Assembly (NCBI GenBank): GCA_000175855.1
Contig: ACYB01000031.1
Coordinates: 150,001-182,000 of the forward strand
From: Raphidiopsis brookii D9
GTDB lineage: Bacteria; Cyanobacteriota; Cyanobacteriia; Cyanobacteriales; Nostocaceae
DNA length: 32,000 nt
Direction: 5' to 3'
Shown piece after piece: positions 1-10,054 of the stretch (its first letter is position 1; the number at the start of each line of letters is the position of its first letter). The notes beneath the pieces were generated by a model. It saw only the letters and a program-made list of their open reading frames with translations. It was not told the DNA's origin and ran no database searches. A program made the position numbers and the translations under genes.

Positions 1-524
1 TACCCAATGCTGGTAAGTCAACCTTGATTTCTTCCCTGTCTGCTGCACGTCCCAAAATCGCTGATTATCCTTTTACCACCCTAATTCCTAATTTGGGTGT
101 GGTGAAAAAACCCACGGGTGATGGTACGGTATTTGCTGATATTCCAGGTCTAATTGAGGGCGCATCCAATGGTGCAGGTTTGGGTCATGACTTCTTACGT
201 CACATCGAACGCACCCGGATCTTATTACATCTTATAGATAGTACGAGTGAAGATGTTATTACTGACTATCACACTATTCAATCTGAATTAAAAGCTTACG
301 GTAGAGGTTTGGCTAAACGACCACAGATCTTAGCTCTTAACAAGATTGATGCTGTGGATCAAGAAACTGCGGATTTAAATGGGTTAGCTACAAGGTTAAA
401 CCACCTATCTCTAGCCCCAGTTTTTATTATTTCCGCTGTTACTCGCACGGGACTGGATGCCATGATGCAGGAAATATGGCGCGTACTGGATCAGATTAGT
501 CCTATTGAAGCAAAAATATTGTAG
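1..524 (+). CDS. obgE: GTPase ObgE/CgtA, 3' part (5' end outside window)
   Basis: Open frame from base 3 reads [34 protein letters not shown]...[28 protein letters not shown]...NKID: Obg G1, G3 and G4 motifs. Confidence 0.95.
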   Translation, partial: PNAGKSTLISSLSAARPKIADYPFTTLIPNLGVVKKPTGDGTVFADIPGLIEGASNGAGLGHDFLRHIERTRILLHLIDSTSEDVITDYHTIQSELKAYGRGLAKRPQILALNKIDAVDQETADLNGLATRLNHLSLAPVFIISAVTRTGLDAMMQEIWRVLDQISPIEAKIL

Positions 525-668
525 CATGGTACTACCCAGCCTGAAAAAGCCCTAGACACTCCACAAAAGTACACCGGTCAACTTCTGGAGATATCTAGGA
601 GCAACAACTTGCTATTACTTTTATGCTATTGGTAGTGTTAAGAGTGATTTTTATAGTTTCTCCTCTGA

Positions 669-947
669 CTATCCTTTGGAATGTCCTTTTCTTGGTCTAT
701 TCTCCTCTTTTGGTTTAGCTTTGTTCACTCTTAGTTGACGACCCATCCATTCTGCACCGTCCAATTCTGATATGGCGGCATCTTCTTGTGCATCCTCGAT
801 CATTTCAACAAAAGCGAACCCGCGCATCTTTCCTGTTTCTCGGTCAGTAGGTAAAACAACTCTTTTCACCTCGCCATAATCGGCAAACACGGATTTTAAG
901 TCTGCTTCAGTTGCGCGGTAAGAGAGATTTCCAATGTAGATAGTCAT
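669..947 (-). CDS. RRM-domain RNA-binding protein (cyanobacterial Rbp type)
   Basis: MTIYIGNLSYRATEADL...RGFAFVEM contains RNP2 (IYIGNL) and RNP1 (RGFAFVEM) motifs. Confidence 0.92.
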   Translation of the reverse strand: MTIYIGNLSYRATEADLKSVFADYGEVKRVVLPTDRETGKMRGFAFVEMIEDAQEDAAISELDGAEWMGRQLRVNKAKPKEENRPRKGHSKG

Positions 948-1367
948 TGTGAGTCACGTAATTTTCAACAAAAGGGGATGGTTAGTAAAAAAAATGCGAC
1001 CTGGCAATTTTTAAGTATTGCTGGTGATTACTTACTTCTGGTTTGTGACCAAGCAGAAAGCTGATTAGACGCTCTCATATTTGCCACATCACCAAACACA
1101 GCCATCCATTAATATATTGACATAAGCACTGACCTAGAAGATCAGGGATTCTTGACAATTGTCCACAACTTGCTACCCAAGTAGTATTGTTGCTTTCATG
1201 TCCGTTTAAAGTCTGCCGATGCCCCATGCCGACCACTCATTTATTTTACACTGGGTTACTCAAAATGGCAAGTATTTTGGAAAAAATAGCCCAAAAATAT
1301 GGTTTAACCACCTGGAATGAGGCGAGCTATAACGCTTACCTATCATGTCCATATTTCTGGATTTTCC

Positions 1368-1598
1368 TTAATCAATAGAAATTTGTTGAGGTTTGCTGCT
1401 GGCTCCATTTTGGTCATCAGTGGTACTTTTACAGGGGTGGCATGAGGAACTTTGTTTTTCCAGCCAGGTTTTTACCGGTTCTTCAGCCAGATTGATTCGT
1501 AATAGTCCAGAGACAAACCCACTGAGAAAGGAAACGGGATGCTCCCTTAGCTCTTGAAACAGAGGCGATAATTCACTGATAAACATTACACTCTCCAC
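1368..1598 (-). CDS. small hypothetical protein
   Basis: 76-aa ORF with plausible protein composition; no family recognised. Confidence 0.45.
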   Translation of the reverse strand: MESVMFISELSPLFQELREHPVSFLSGFVSGLLRINLAEEPVKTWLEKQSSSCHPCKSTTDDQNGASSKPQQISID

Positions 1599-1697
1599 CC
1601 ATAATGTAAAAACCTACTAAAAACCTATTATAGATTATAGCTGTAGTCACTCGCAAGGGGGCGATGGTCTAAATGTTAGGATGGATCCCATAAGTAG

Positions 1698-2576
1698 GTG
1701 GTGCAAGTGAGGAACAGGCTTATGTTAACTAATTGGCGCAATTTTCTCAAAAATGCTGGGGAGTGGAGGGGCTCATTCACTCGCATCTCTGGTCAAGGAG
1801 AGATTTTGGATTCTACTTTGAGTATTTTAAACTTAGAGGCTACTAATAACAATGAAACTGTATTGTTTAGACTCCGGCGTTTTCAAGGTCGTGATTATGA
1901 TAGCCCTGTTATTCAAGACTATCAACAGGAATATACCTCCCTAGCTAAAGAGAATATATTTTTTGAAACAGGTGCTTTTTGTAAGGGAACTGTACAACTG
2001 GCCCCCTTTGCTGAATTTGGTGCGGAATATGGTTTTGTCCATGAGAACCGCAGGTCTCGTTTGGTGCAATTATATAATAAGGAGGGTGAACTAAGTAGTT
2101 TAACTCTAATTAGGGAGTTTCGTAGTTTTACAGATGCACAGGAAAGACCTCAACTGACAGTAGAACAGCTAATCGGTAAGTGGCAAGGAATATCACATAC
2201 AGTTTACTCAGACTTAAGACCATCTAATAAAGAAACAACTTACTTGGAAATTAAAAAACTAGATAATGGGTATTTAGAAAAACAGCAATTGTTTGCTGGG
2301 GAGGAAATGACTTCTCTCGGTAAAATAGTAGACAACAGGTTGATATTTGAACCATCGTCTAGACAACAATCTAATCAGAAGTTAAACAATGAGGAAATGC
2401 TCTTGCCAGATGGTGTATCTAGCAACATTCTCACAAAACTGGAGCGCAGAAAAGAGTTTTTTATCGAAGCAGGTTGGTTAGTCAAAGATACGGAAAGACA
2501 AAGACTGATTCGTAATTATAATGCTCAGGGAGAATGGATCAGCTCTAGCCATATAGTGGAAATCAAAATGGCATGA
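1698..2576 (+). CDS. DUF3598-like cyanobacterial conserved protein (start may be the ATG at 1722)
   Basis: 292-aa ORF; the N-terminal 'NWRNFLKNAGEWRGSFTRISGQGE' resembles DUF3598 proteins. GTG start in the supplied ORF. Confidence 0.6.
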   Translation: MVQVRNRLMLTNWRNFLKNAGEWRGSFTRISGQGEILDSTLSILNLEATNNNETVLFRLRRFQGRDYDSPVIQDYQQEYTSLAKENIFFETGAFCKGTVQLAPFAEFGAEYGFVHENRRSRLVQLYNKEGELSSLTLIREFRSFTDAQERPQLTVEQLIGKWQGISHTVYSDLRPSNKETTYLEIKKLDNGYLEKQQLFAGEEMTSLGKIVDNRLIFEPSSRQQSNQKLNNEEMLLPDGVSSNILTKLERRKEFFIEAGWLVKDTERQRLIRNYNAQGEWISSSHIVEIKMA

Positions 2577-2601
2577 TGGCTGTATCCACCTCCCCGCCAA
2601 C

Positions 2602-4647
2602 CTACAACTTCTCTATAACCTGTTCGGGAAACATACATTTGTCAGAATCACAAGCAGTTGGCCCTGATTCTATTAATTCACCTAAATCATAACGACTTAG
2701 AGCTTCACAAAAATCTTCCGTTTTCCGTCGTAACTTTACCTGAGCAGATAACATTTGATATGTTCTCTGATCTATCGGTTCAAAGGGTAGACGAGGAAAG
2801 GTTTGAATATCATCAAATCTCCCCAGTATGGCTGCTGAAATATACCCTTCATCCTTCTGAATAGCTTCATATATGCGAGTTCCTAAGCATTCAACTTCGT
2901 CAGATCTCAATTCTAAGGTTGCTGAGGTATTATGAGTAGTGTAACACCTCTGTACCTGCATGACAAAATCTAACTGGGCCAAAACAGAAAATTTAGATAC
3001 ATCTATCTTGTCTGCTCCTGGTAAATCTGCCCAAGAAACCGCCACGGGAATTTCCACTAACCACTCGGTACACCGGGGATCAAAGGGATTATCCAGTAAA
3101 TTACCTTGTTCGTCTTTATCAGATTGGGAAGGTATGACACTATATCCGTAATCTAAACAAGCTAGAGCTACTGGGTCGTTCTTACGGAAAGTAATCCGAC
3201 GAATAAATCGTTGCGCTTTGGGAGGGTGCCAACCAGGAGAAGCACCTGTTAATAAGGATTTTGTGCCGCTCGGTTGAACAGTGGTACAACGATTGGGCCT
3301 TTTAATCCCATGTTTATCGCAATATTCCCAAACGGTTTGATGTACTATTTCTCGCCATTTATTGAGATATTTTTGCTCACCCCGTTTAAATATTAGTCCT
3401 TCCTGGGTTTCTGGTCTTCCCTCTTCCCACCAATGTAACCATTCCACACCAAAAGCATGAACAAAGAAGTCAAACAATCCCGTAAAGGAAACACCAACAA
3501 TGGGATCCAATTCTCGACTATATTGATAACGGATCTCCTGAAATTTGTGATTTAATAAGGCAGCTACAGATATGGCAGCTGCTTTAAAGGCTTCCTCCTG
3601 TTCTTTATAGTTATCAGGATCAATTTGGTTTAAATGTACTTCTGCTAAGTTACAATGGAAGTCAGCACCAATAATTTCACCACAGGGGTTTAAACCATAT
3701 CTACTTAAACGATGTTCCAGTTCTGAATCTTCCATCTCTGGATAATTTTCTTTTATCCATGTTCTGGCCTGTCCTGTTGCATAAGCATTCAGAAACTGTT
3801 TTTTTACCTCCAGTGTTTTGAGTAAATCGATATTGGCTCTAGCTACTGCTTCACCAGCCCATTGAATTGCTCCTTCACCACTATAATACTGTTTCTGAAC
3901 GGCTGAAAGGCATTCTTCTAAAGTGGGTTTGTGATGAAATACTCGAGTATGATTGGCCATACGCAAAGCATCTCTTTCTGGGTCTATGCTCCAGTTTCCT
4001 TGAGCATCTTGTTTCCACAGATTATCTTTGGCTGTTGCCCCATTTTCATCCTCTGCAATGAATTGTCTCATACCCGCTGATCTCCGAATATTACCAGCAA
4101 CAATTGATACGGCAGCTTCGTCTATTAATAGACAGCATTCGACGGAAGTTAACTTTCTACCAACAGCTTGGTTGAGAATAGAAGCACAACGAGTATATAA
4201 TCCGGATAATTTGACTGGGTTGGCAACACCACCAAATCCCTTGAGGGTTTCTCCGGAGCGACGCACATCATCAAGATTTACACACACCTGAATATCATCG
4301 GTAAAGCGTATATCCGTAGAGAGTTCCAGAAGGGTTTGGTAGGAATTTACCCAACCTTCTCGACTATCTCCTACGTAAATAGTCACCCGATTACCTTGTA
4401 TAACTGTTTGTGTAAACTCCCGACGGTCTTTTTCTGGAGTGTTGCCAATTTTCCCCTGAATGGTCACCTGTAACCGATTACGAATGGGGGGTAATTGATT
4501 AATATACTGGGGTTCAATCACTGCTCCTGTACCACAACCCATCATGGCCAGATCCATCATTAAACCAAATGCTTGCCAATCTATTAGGTTTGTAGAAGTG
4601 CAGTTATAAGCTCCAGAGAAATTTTTCGACTTTTTTAACCATTCCGT
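2602..4647 (-). CDS. nrdJ: Adenosylcobalamin-dependent ribonucleoside-triphosphate reductase, exon 2
   Basis: Extending the 652-aa ORF upstream in frame gives TEWLKKSKNFSGAYNCTSTNLIDWQAFGLMMDLAMMGCGTGAVIEPQYI...NPCGEI...TVQPSGTKSLLTGASPGWHPP: class II RNR. It begins immediately after the intron 3' end. Confidence 0.93.
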   Translation of the reverse strand, partial: TEWLKKSKNFSGAYNCTSTNLIDWQAFGLMMDLAMMGCGTGAVIEPQYINQLPPIRNRLQVTIQGKIGNTPEKDRREFTQTVIQGNRVTIYVGDSREGWVNSYQTLLELSTDIRFTDDIQVCVNLDDVRRSGETLKGFGGVANPVKLSGLYTRCASILNQAVGRKLTSVECCLLIDEAAVSIVAGNIRRSAGMRQFIAEDENGATAKDNLWKQDAQGNWSIDPERDALRMANHTRVFHHKPTLEECLSAVQKQYYSGEGAIQWAGEAVARANIDLLKTLEVKKQFLNAYATGQARTWIKENYPEMEDSELEHRLSRYGLNPCGEIIGADFHCNLAEVHLNQIDPDNYKEQEEAFKAAAISVAALLNHKFQEIRYQYSRELDPIVGVSFTGLFDFFVHAFGVEWLHWWEEGRPETQEGLIFKRGEQKYLNKWREIVHQTVWEYCDKHGIKRPNRCTTVQPSGTKSLLTGASPGWHPPKAQRFIRRITFRKNDPVALACLDYGYSVIPSQSDKDEQGNLLDNPFDPRCTEWLVEIPVAVSWADLPGADKIDVSKFSVLAQLDFVMQVQRCYTTHNTSATLELRSDEVECLGTRIYEAIQKDEGYISAAILGRFDDIQTFPRLPFEPIDQRTYQMLSAQVKLRRKTEDFCEALSRYDLGELIESGPTACDSDKCMFPEQVIEKL

Positions 4648-4688
4648 ATGACCCTAAGCCACATTGTCTCCAATATGACTCGGCTTCA

Positions 4689-4722
4689 GAACCGTGCGTG
4701 ATACTTTCGCATCACACGGCTC
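4689..4722 (-). ncRNA. Group II intron domain V
   Basis: 34-nt GAGCCGTGTGATGCGAAAGTATCACGCACGGTTC hairpin on the minus strand; matches the domain V consensus. Confidence 0.95.
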
Positions 4723-4740
4723 CTCAATGATTTAGCTCTT

Positions 4741-6042
4741 TTAAGAGTACCAATTTGGGGTTGATGTCTTGGTATAGGTGTCACACTGCTTGCTAGCGTT
4801 GAGAAATCCATGATGGTAGATAAGGTACACCGGTTGACTTTCTTCAAACGCAAGAAATACCCAATTGGCTTGGTCTTGGGAGCCAAAATATTTCTCGACC
4901 CACTGTTTGGTCGATTTGTGATTATGTCTGGCCTTCACCCAGGCAATTAATTTTAAGGTCATTAGGTGGTCTAGCTTTTGGAATGTTTTAGCACTATTAA
5001 CAGGAAAATAATAGTTACTCCATCTGGTAATGATGGGATTGAGTCGTTTAATTAAGTCTAACTGGGATTGACAAGACTTAAATTTGTCTATTTCTTGAGC
5101 TAGTTCCCTGTAATGGGTTTTAATTGCTTTTTGACTGGGCTGGATGAAAGTTTCATACCTTTGTGGTTGGGAGTGGGTTTTGATTCCATATTGGCGGATA
5201 TTAAAGTCCAGAAAATTGAACCCAGGGGATTTTGTACCCTTTTTCCAGGTCTGACTTATGAGAGTTTGGTCCAAGTTGATTTCTATACCTAGATCACCCA
5301 GAAACTTCTCAATCAGTATTTTAGCCTTGATGATTACATCGAATTCAGAATCTAGTAGTGCAAATTCGCTGCCATGTCTAATCAAGGTTATTTCCTCTTT
5401 TTTACCTGGAATGGTTTTGCCATATTCTCGGACAATTTTTTCCATGCCATGGAGAGCAATATTGACTAAAAGCGGGGAAAGTAAACTACCAGGATGGGTT
5501 ATCTCTCGATTTAACAACCATGAGTTTAGATTATACACACCCGATTTCATTCCTACCCTTATTTGCCTACGAAGTTTTGGAAAAGTGCTTATCTTACTTA
5601 ATAGCTTTTCGTAGTCAATTTGCTCGAAGTGTTGGGCAAGATTGGCACTGATAACATACTTGCTACCATACCTCATTGCCTCTTTAATAGCCACTATGGG
5701 ATCCATATAAGTTTTACCCGGTCGGAATCCATAACTGTGAGGCTCAAATTTAGCCTCCCACTCAGGTTCTAGAGCCAGTTTAATCAATAATTGTTGTGCT
5801 TGATAGTCTATTCTTCCCTGACGAATAGCAAGCATTTTGGCAGACCAGGAATTGAGCAGAGTCTTTTGCAGTTTACGCACTACCTTGACATCTCCCCGAC
5901 TAGAGGCTTGATAAATTCTCTTTTGCAACTTGTACACAGCTCTTTCTAGCTTACGCCAGTTTATCTGTGTCCATACCACCATCGGGGTTATCCGTGTTTT
6001 AGTCATTTTCATTGCTATATGAAACTCTATCTTCCAAATCAT
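4741..6042 (-). CDS. Group II intron-encoded protein, degenerate RT plus maturase domain; probable start is the internal MKMTKTRITPMVVW
   Basis: RVT_N-like N-terminus (WTQINWRKLERAVYKLQKRIYQAS); RT signature LALEPEWEAKFEPHSYGFRPGK; LLSPLLVNIALHGME; domain X-like LNPIITRWSNYY and WVKARHNHKS..WV..YF. Canonical catalytic motifs are missing. Confidence 0.93.
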   Translation of the reverse strand: MIWKIEFHIAMKMTKTRITPMVVWTQINWRKLERAVYKLQKRIYQASSRGDVKVVRKLQKTLLNSWSAKMLAIRQGRIDYQAQQLLIKLALEPEWEAKFEPHSYGFRPGKTYMDPIVAIKEAMRYGSKYVISANLAQHFEQIDYEKLLSKISTFPKLRRQIRVGMKSGVYNLNSWLLNREITHPGSLLSPLLVNIALHGMEKIVREYGKTIPGKKEEITLIRHGSEFALLDSEFDVIIKAKILIEKFLGDLGIEINLDQTLISQTWKKGTKSPGFNFLDFNIRQYGIKTHSQPQRYETFIQPSQKAIKTHYRELAQEIDKFKSCQSQLDLIKRLNPIITRWSNYYFPVNSAKTFQKLDHLMTLKLIAWVKARHNHKSTKQWVEKYFGSQDQANWVFLAFEESQPVYLIYHHGFLNASKQCDTYTKTSTPNWYS

Positions 6043-6609
6043 CGGGAATCTGTCAGCTTATTCATACCCATTACAGGTAGACCTTTGCTTCTGATTCCAT
6101 CTCTTTTTATTAGAGCTTGCGGATTGGTTCCTACTCCCCTATCGACCCCGGAAAGAGCTGCTAATAAAATTACTTCGTTCCGTATAACCATTGATTTGAG
6201 TGTTTAGGATGGCACTACTCAGCCGGAGACAGGAAAGCGTGACCTTGATGGTGGTACTTTTGGGTTCCTTAATGTCTCTTTGTCTTTTGACAGCAGCGTA
6301 TCAACCATTTTTTTCGCTACTTGCTGGGTGACGACTGTTTAGATGTACCTTCACTTTCGTTATCCATGCACTCCTGCTCGCTGGGATTCACCTCATGGTT
6401 TGGTGTTACCAGCTTTTTTCCCCGCTTTACCCTTTGATTACCAGTCCCTAGGTAGGGGAAATGCTTTCACTCCCACGCTTGGAGGATAGGACTCTGTGAC
6501 TATTCCATCACATCACCTATAAGGTTATACAGTTATCTGGGTTCGGTTCTTGAACCCACCGAATCATCCCCCGGTTTAATTAAACCAGTTTCGATTCAAC
6601 GAATCACAC

Positions 6610-6867
6610 ACCACCAACCCACAACCATCTTCCACTCGGCAAGGCTTTCATCTGTAGTTGCATTTTTTCTAACAGTGCAGTTTCCTCCAAGTTGAGTTTT
6701 CCTAACTCCACTAATCCTTTTAAAGTGCGATCGCATAGGTCGCTCCAGGATTCTCTTAATCCTGTTTGGGTGCGACGGCTATAGGTCCTGAAAAACACAG
6801 GATTGGCTGCGGGAGCAGTTTCCGGAAAGGACGCAATCTGGCGTGGACGTTTCAGTTCTTGAACCAT
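6610..6867 (-). CDS. nrdJ: Adenosylcobalamin-dependent ribonucleoside-triphosphate reductase, exon 1
   Basis: MVQELKRPRQIASFPETAPAANPVFFRTYSRR...LPSGRWLWVGG: N-terminus of class II RNR. The frame closes at once inside the intron (V*). Confidence 0.93.
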
Positions 6868-7117
6868 AATTAGTTGGATAAGGTTTACTGACTAACAGAT
6901 TAAGACTATAACCTCAAGTAGTTTTAGGATCAAAGATTGCTAAATTTGCCACTTTGTGTTATGGATATTTGGTATCTTTGATTACATTTATTGGATAAAT
7001 GGTGTCAAGTCATCAATCTTGACTAAAACTTAAATTTGAATCTTAATTCTGTTTAATCAGATTTAATCCTGTCTAACCTATTTTTATTATGGATTGGAGG
7101 AAAAATTCAAGTAGAAT

Positions 7118-7534
7118 GTGAATTTATCAGTTTATATCTTTAATATGAATATGCTTGATATATTACCTTTTCAATTCACGATAGACAAAGTAGCCATTGC
7201 TGGCTCCTGTTTATGGTCTTTAGCCCTGTATTTGGCTTTAGCATCCATTAGGGAATGGATAATCACACAATTAAATCGCTGGTTTAATTTTGCCGAGCGG
7301 TTTCTATATACTAGCAACACAGAATTTGAAAAAACCCGCACAGCTAGAGAGTCTCAAAATGCCTTTTATGCTTCAATTATGAGTATTTTACCTTTCTTGG
7401 TATTTGGTGCATTATCCTACTGGAGTCTGGAAATTAGTTTAGGTTCTAGTTGGGGAATTAGTACCGGTATACTTACTACTGTGGGTGCTAGTATCTATGA
7501 ATTAGGAAGAATAAATGGAAAGAATTCAGATTAG
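7118..7534 (+). CDS. hypothetical membrane protein
   Basis: 138-aa ORF with several hydrophobic segments; no family recognised. Confidence 0.55.
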   Translation: MNLSVYIFNMNMLDILPFQFTIDKVAIAGSCLWSLALYLALASIREWIITQLNRWFNFAERFLYTSNTEFEKTRTARESQNAFYASIMSILPFLVFGALSYWSLEISLGSSWGISTGILTTVGASIYELGRINGKNSD

Positions 7535-7594
7535 ATATGCTCAATCGTAAAAATGTACTACTTCCCCAACCTCAACAATTAAATTCCTCAGTGA

Positions 7595-8482
7595 TTATTC
7601 ATGGTGATGAAAATGAATACCAATGAAAATATCATAGAGAAATTCCAAAAAATCCTTTTTTTGTAATAAACCGGAAGTTTGGGGACTACCTTTCTCATCT
7701 AGTAAGGGCTTCATTAGGTAGTAGGCAGGTTGATAATTGTACCAAGTAATTGAAGGCCATAAATGATGGATTAGATGGTAGTTCTGCCCTAAAATTAGCA
7801 TATTAAGGATTTTGCCAGGGTATACACGAGCATTCTTCCACCGATCGCGCTCTACAAACGGTCGATGTGGCAAGTAATCGAAAAAGAATCCCAGTGTTAT
7901 ACCTACTACAAAAGCAGGGACAAACCAGAAGTTGAGAATATACCCTAAAAAGTGATATTGAACGGAAATATAGACGATAGTAAAGATCAGCAATCGGCTA
8001 AGGAACCATTCTAGTAGTTCATATTTACGCCAAAGTTGCCTTTGAAAGAAAAACACCTCATGGTACAAAAATCTCACCGCGATTAACCACAGTGGACCAC
8101 CTGTGGAAACATAATGATCCGGGTCATCTTTGGGATGATTGACATTGCCATGGTGTTGTAGGTGTACTCTGGTAAAAACTGGGAAAGCAAAGGCTAGAAC
8201 TAGGGCACTAGCATGACCCAAGATAGCGTTAGCTATTCGGTTACGATGGGCTGACTGATGGCAAGCATCATGAATAATTGTGCCTGAGAAATGTAAGGAC
8301 AGGGTGTTGATGCCAAAACATAACCAATGGGGCCATTCCCATATCCAGTAACCACAGCTAGAAAGTAACAACATGGTTACTACTGCAAAGAATAGCAACA
8401 CGGTTGGATTTAGACCTCCAGGGGGATCTAAAAGTTCTTTGGGGGGAATTGTCAGTGGCTTTTTTGCCTCCGACGTGAGCAT
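7595..8482 (-). CDS. crtR: Beta-carotene hydroxylase (fatty acid desaturase fold)
   Basis: Histidine boxes HDACHQSAHR, HLQHHGNVNHP and HLIHHLWP; overall CrtR-like sequence. Confidence 0.9.
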   Translation of the reverse strand: MLTSEAKKPLTIPPKELLDPPGGLNPTVLLFFAVVTMLLLSSCGYWIWEWPHWLCFGINTLSLHFSGTIIHDACHQSAHRNRIANAILGHASALVLAFAFPVFTRVHLQHHGNVNHPKDDPDHYVSTGGPLWLIAVRFLYHEVFFFQRQLWRKYELLEWFLSRLLIFTIVYISVQYHFLGYILNFWFVPAFVVGITLGFFFDYLPHRPFVERDRWKNARVYPGKILNMLILGQNYHLIHHLWPSITWYNYQPAYYLMKPLLDEKGSPQTSGLLQKKDFLEFLYDIFIGIHFHHHE

Positions 8483-8618
8483 TACTAACTCCTTTGCTGT
8501 CTTAAACCAACATTATCATTAACTATATCAATCCTCACTATACATTAAATATCTCCAGAATTGATCCTCAAATCTCGTGAAATCATGCTTTTAGCCACCT
8601 ACTGTGGCTAGGGTTTAT

Positions 8619-10043
8619 TTAGATCTGTCTGTTTGTATGATTATTAAATTTTCTGTACAAGTCATACCAGTAATAAGTCCCTAACCATAACACTGATAAC
8701 AATCCCGCTAAACTGAGAGTTAAACCAGTAAAGGGAACTAAAAATGCAAATATGGGTAAGACTGCTCCAGCAATGGTACAAATAATTGCTGCTAATCCTA
8801 ACTGACGATTTCCACCTAATCCGTAAATTAAACTTAGTAACAACAGTGAAATTATTAACCAGGCGAATTCTCCACTCATAAACCTTGAGGTATATGTTAA
8901 AGTTAATAAGCTGGTAAAAAACACTCCCCCGGCGATCGCCAGATTTTGTAAGCTCATGGGTACGGTTAAGTATAGTAATAATATCCACCACAAAAATAAT
9001 CCTGGTGCCAATAGTAATAGGCGAGGTATAATTCCGGTTTTACCTATGGGTTTAGTAGCCGTAAAGACACCGAAAGGATTTTTGACAGAAACATTATCAT
9101 CAAAAATCCAAGTGAATTGACTATTACCTCCATCTCTTTTAATTTCCTGGGGAACTATACCACTGGCAAAATCAGCATTGGGAAATCTAGCAGTAGCTGT
9201 GAGACGGAAACCAGAGAGTAACTGATTAGTGGCATTGTATACCCAACGTGGTCCTCCTTGTGCTTGATAACTAACTTTGATGGTAGCTTGCTCTCTAGGA
9301 GCTAAATCCAAGGGAAATCCATAATCTTCTGGACTAGTCTGTTCTAGTCTTGTCCCTTCTCTCTCCACTTTATATCCAGACAGAAGAGAATAGCCGTATG
9401 GTGGTGGTGCTTCAAATATAAACCGATTTTTATTATTTAGGGTATTGACTATTTTGTACTCACTAGTATAGTCAGTAAGATAAATCGCACTACGATTTTG
9501 CACATCTACACTTTGATCAATAGTCACTTGAATTTGGGAACCAGCCAAATTTAAATACCGGGTGACTTTTTGTTTGTCCGTCACTTTAACAATTCTATCC
9601 CTGACTCGAGTGGTGTAGCTATAGGGTTCCTCAGTTATATAACTAATACGAGGTGCATTGTGTTCCAATTTATCACCAGCAACAGATTCAGTTACCTTAG
9701 CCACCTTTGCTTGCTCCCAGTGGTGGTAACGATTACTCAGGGTAGAGGTTAGGAAAAATCCCGTCACTGATAGAATTAACACCAATGCAAAGTGTGGTAT
9801 GCCACGCAAAATTTGGGAATAACGAACTGACCAATCTCGCAAAAAATCCGTCTGCATTTCCGTTTCACGTCTTAGGGAAAAACTGATTAAGGCGATCGCC
9901 ACTCCCAAACCAATAATTAAAAACACCACTAATAGTGAATTTTCAACTACTTGCGTACCGAACCTGATTAATTCATCAGGATGTGTAAGGTCGGGTAAAC
10001 TGGGAATACCCTGAGCAGAAGAAGATATAGCTGAAGTTTCCAT
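8619..10043 (-). CDS. Uncharacterised membrane protein
   Basis: 474-aa ORF: TM segment, long polar domain, then several C-terminal TM helices. Confidence 0.75.
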   Translation of the reverse strand: METSAISSSAQGIPSLPDLTHPDELIRFGTQVVENSLLVVFLIIGLGVAIALISFSLRRETEMQTDFLRDWSVRYSQILRGIPHFALVLILSVTGFFLTSTLSNRYHHWEQAKVAKVTESVAGDKLEHNAPRISYITEEPYSYTTRVRDRIVKVTDKQKVTRYLNLAGSQIQVTIDQSVDVQNRSAIYLTDYTSEYKIVNTLNNKNRFIFEAPPPYGYSLLSGYKVEREGTRLEQTSPEDYGFPLDLAPREQATIKVSYQAQGGPRWVYNATNQLLSGFRLTATARFPNADFASGIVPQEIKRDGGNSQFTWIFDDNVSVKNPFGVFTATKPIGKTGIIPRLLLLAPGLFLWWILLLYLTVPMSLQNLAIAGGVFFTSLLTLTYTSRFMSGEFAWLIISLLLLSLIYGLGGNRQLGLAAIICTIAGAVLPIFAFLVPFTGLTLSLAGLLSVLWLGTYYWYDLYRKFNNHTNRQI

Positions 10044-10054
10044 TTTCCCATTCC

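Larger units (their letters stand above)
4648..6609 (-). mobile_element. Group II intron interrupting nrdJ (1962 nt)
   Basis: On the minus strand the 5' end is GTGTGATTCG (GUGYG consensus), the 3' end is ...TTAGGGTCAT (AY), and a domain V hairpin and internal maturase ORF are present. Precise removal joins WVGG to TEWLKK. Confidence 0.93.

Noticed and set aside
1187-1378. 63-aa plus-strand ORF
   Set aside because: Short, overlaps the end of the 1368-1598 ORF, no recognisable domain.
3867-4291. Plus-strand ORFs inside nrdJ exon 2
   Set aside because: They are antisense to a convincing nrdJ frame, with low-complexity non-family translations; treated as spurious.
5258-5614. 118-aa plus-strand ORF inside the intron maturase gene
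   Set aside because: Antisense shadow of the intron-encoded protein, with no recognisable domain.
6868-7117. Cobalamin riboswitch upstream of the B12-dependent nrdJ
   Set aside because: Looked for a B12-box-like conserved element and could not see one; a covariance-model scan would be needed to exclude it.
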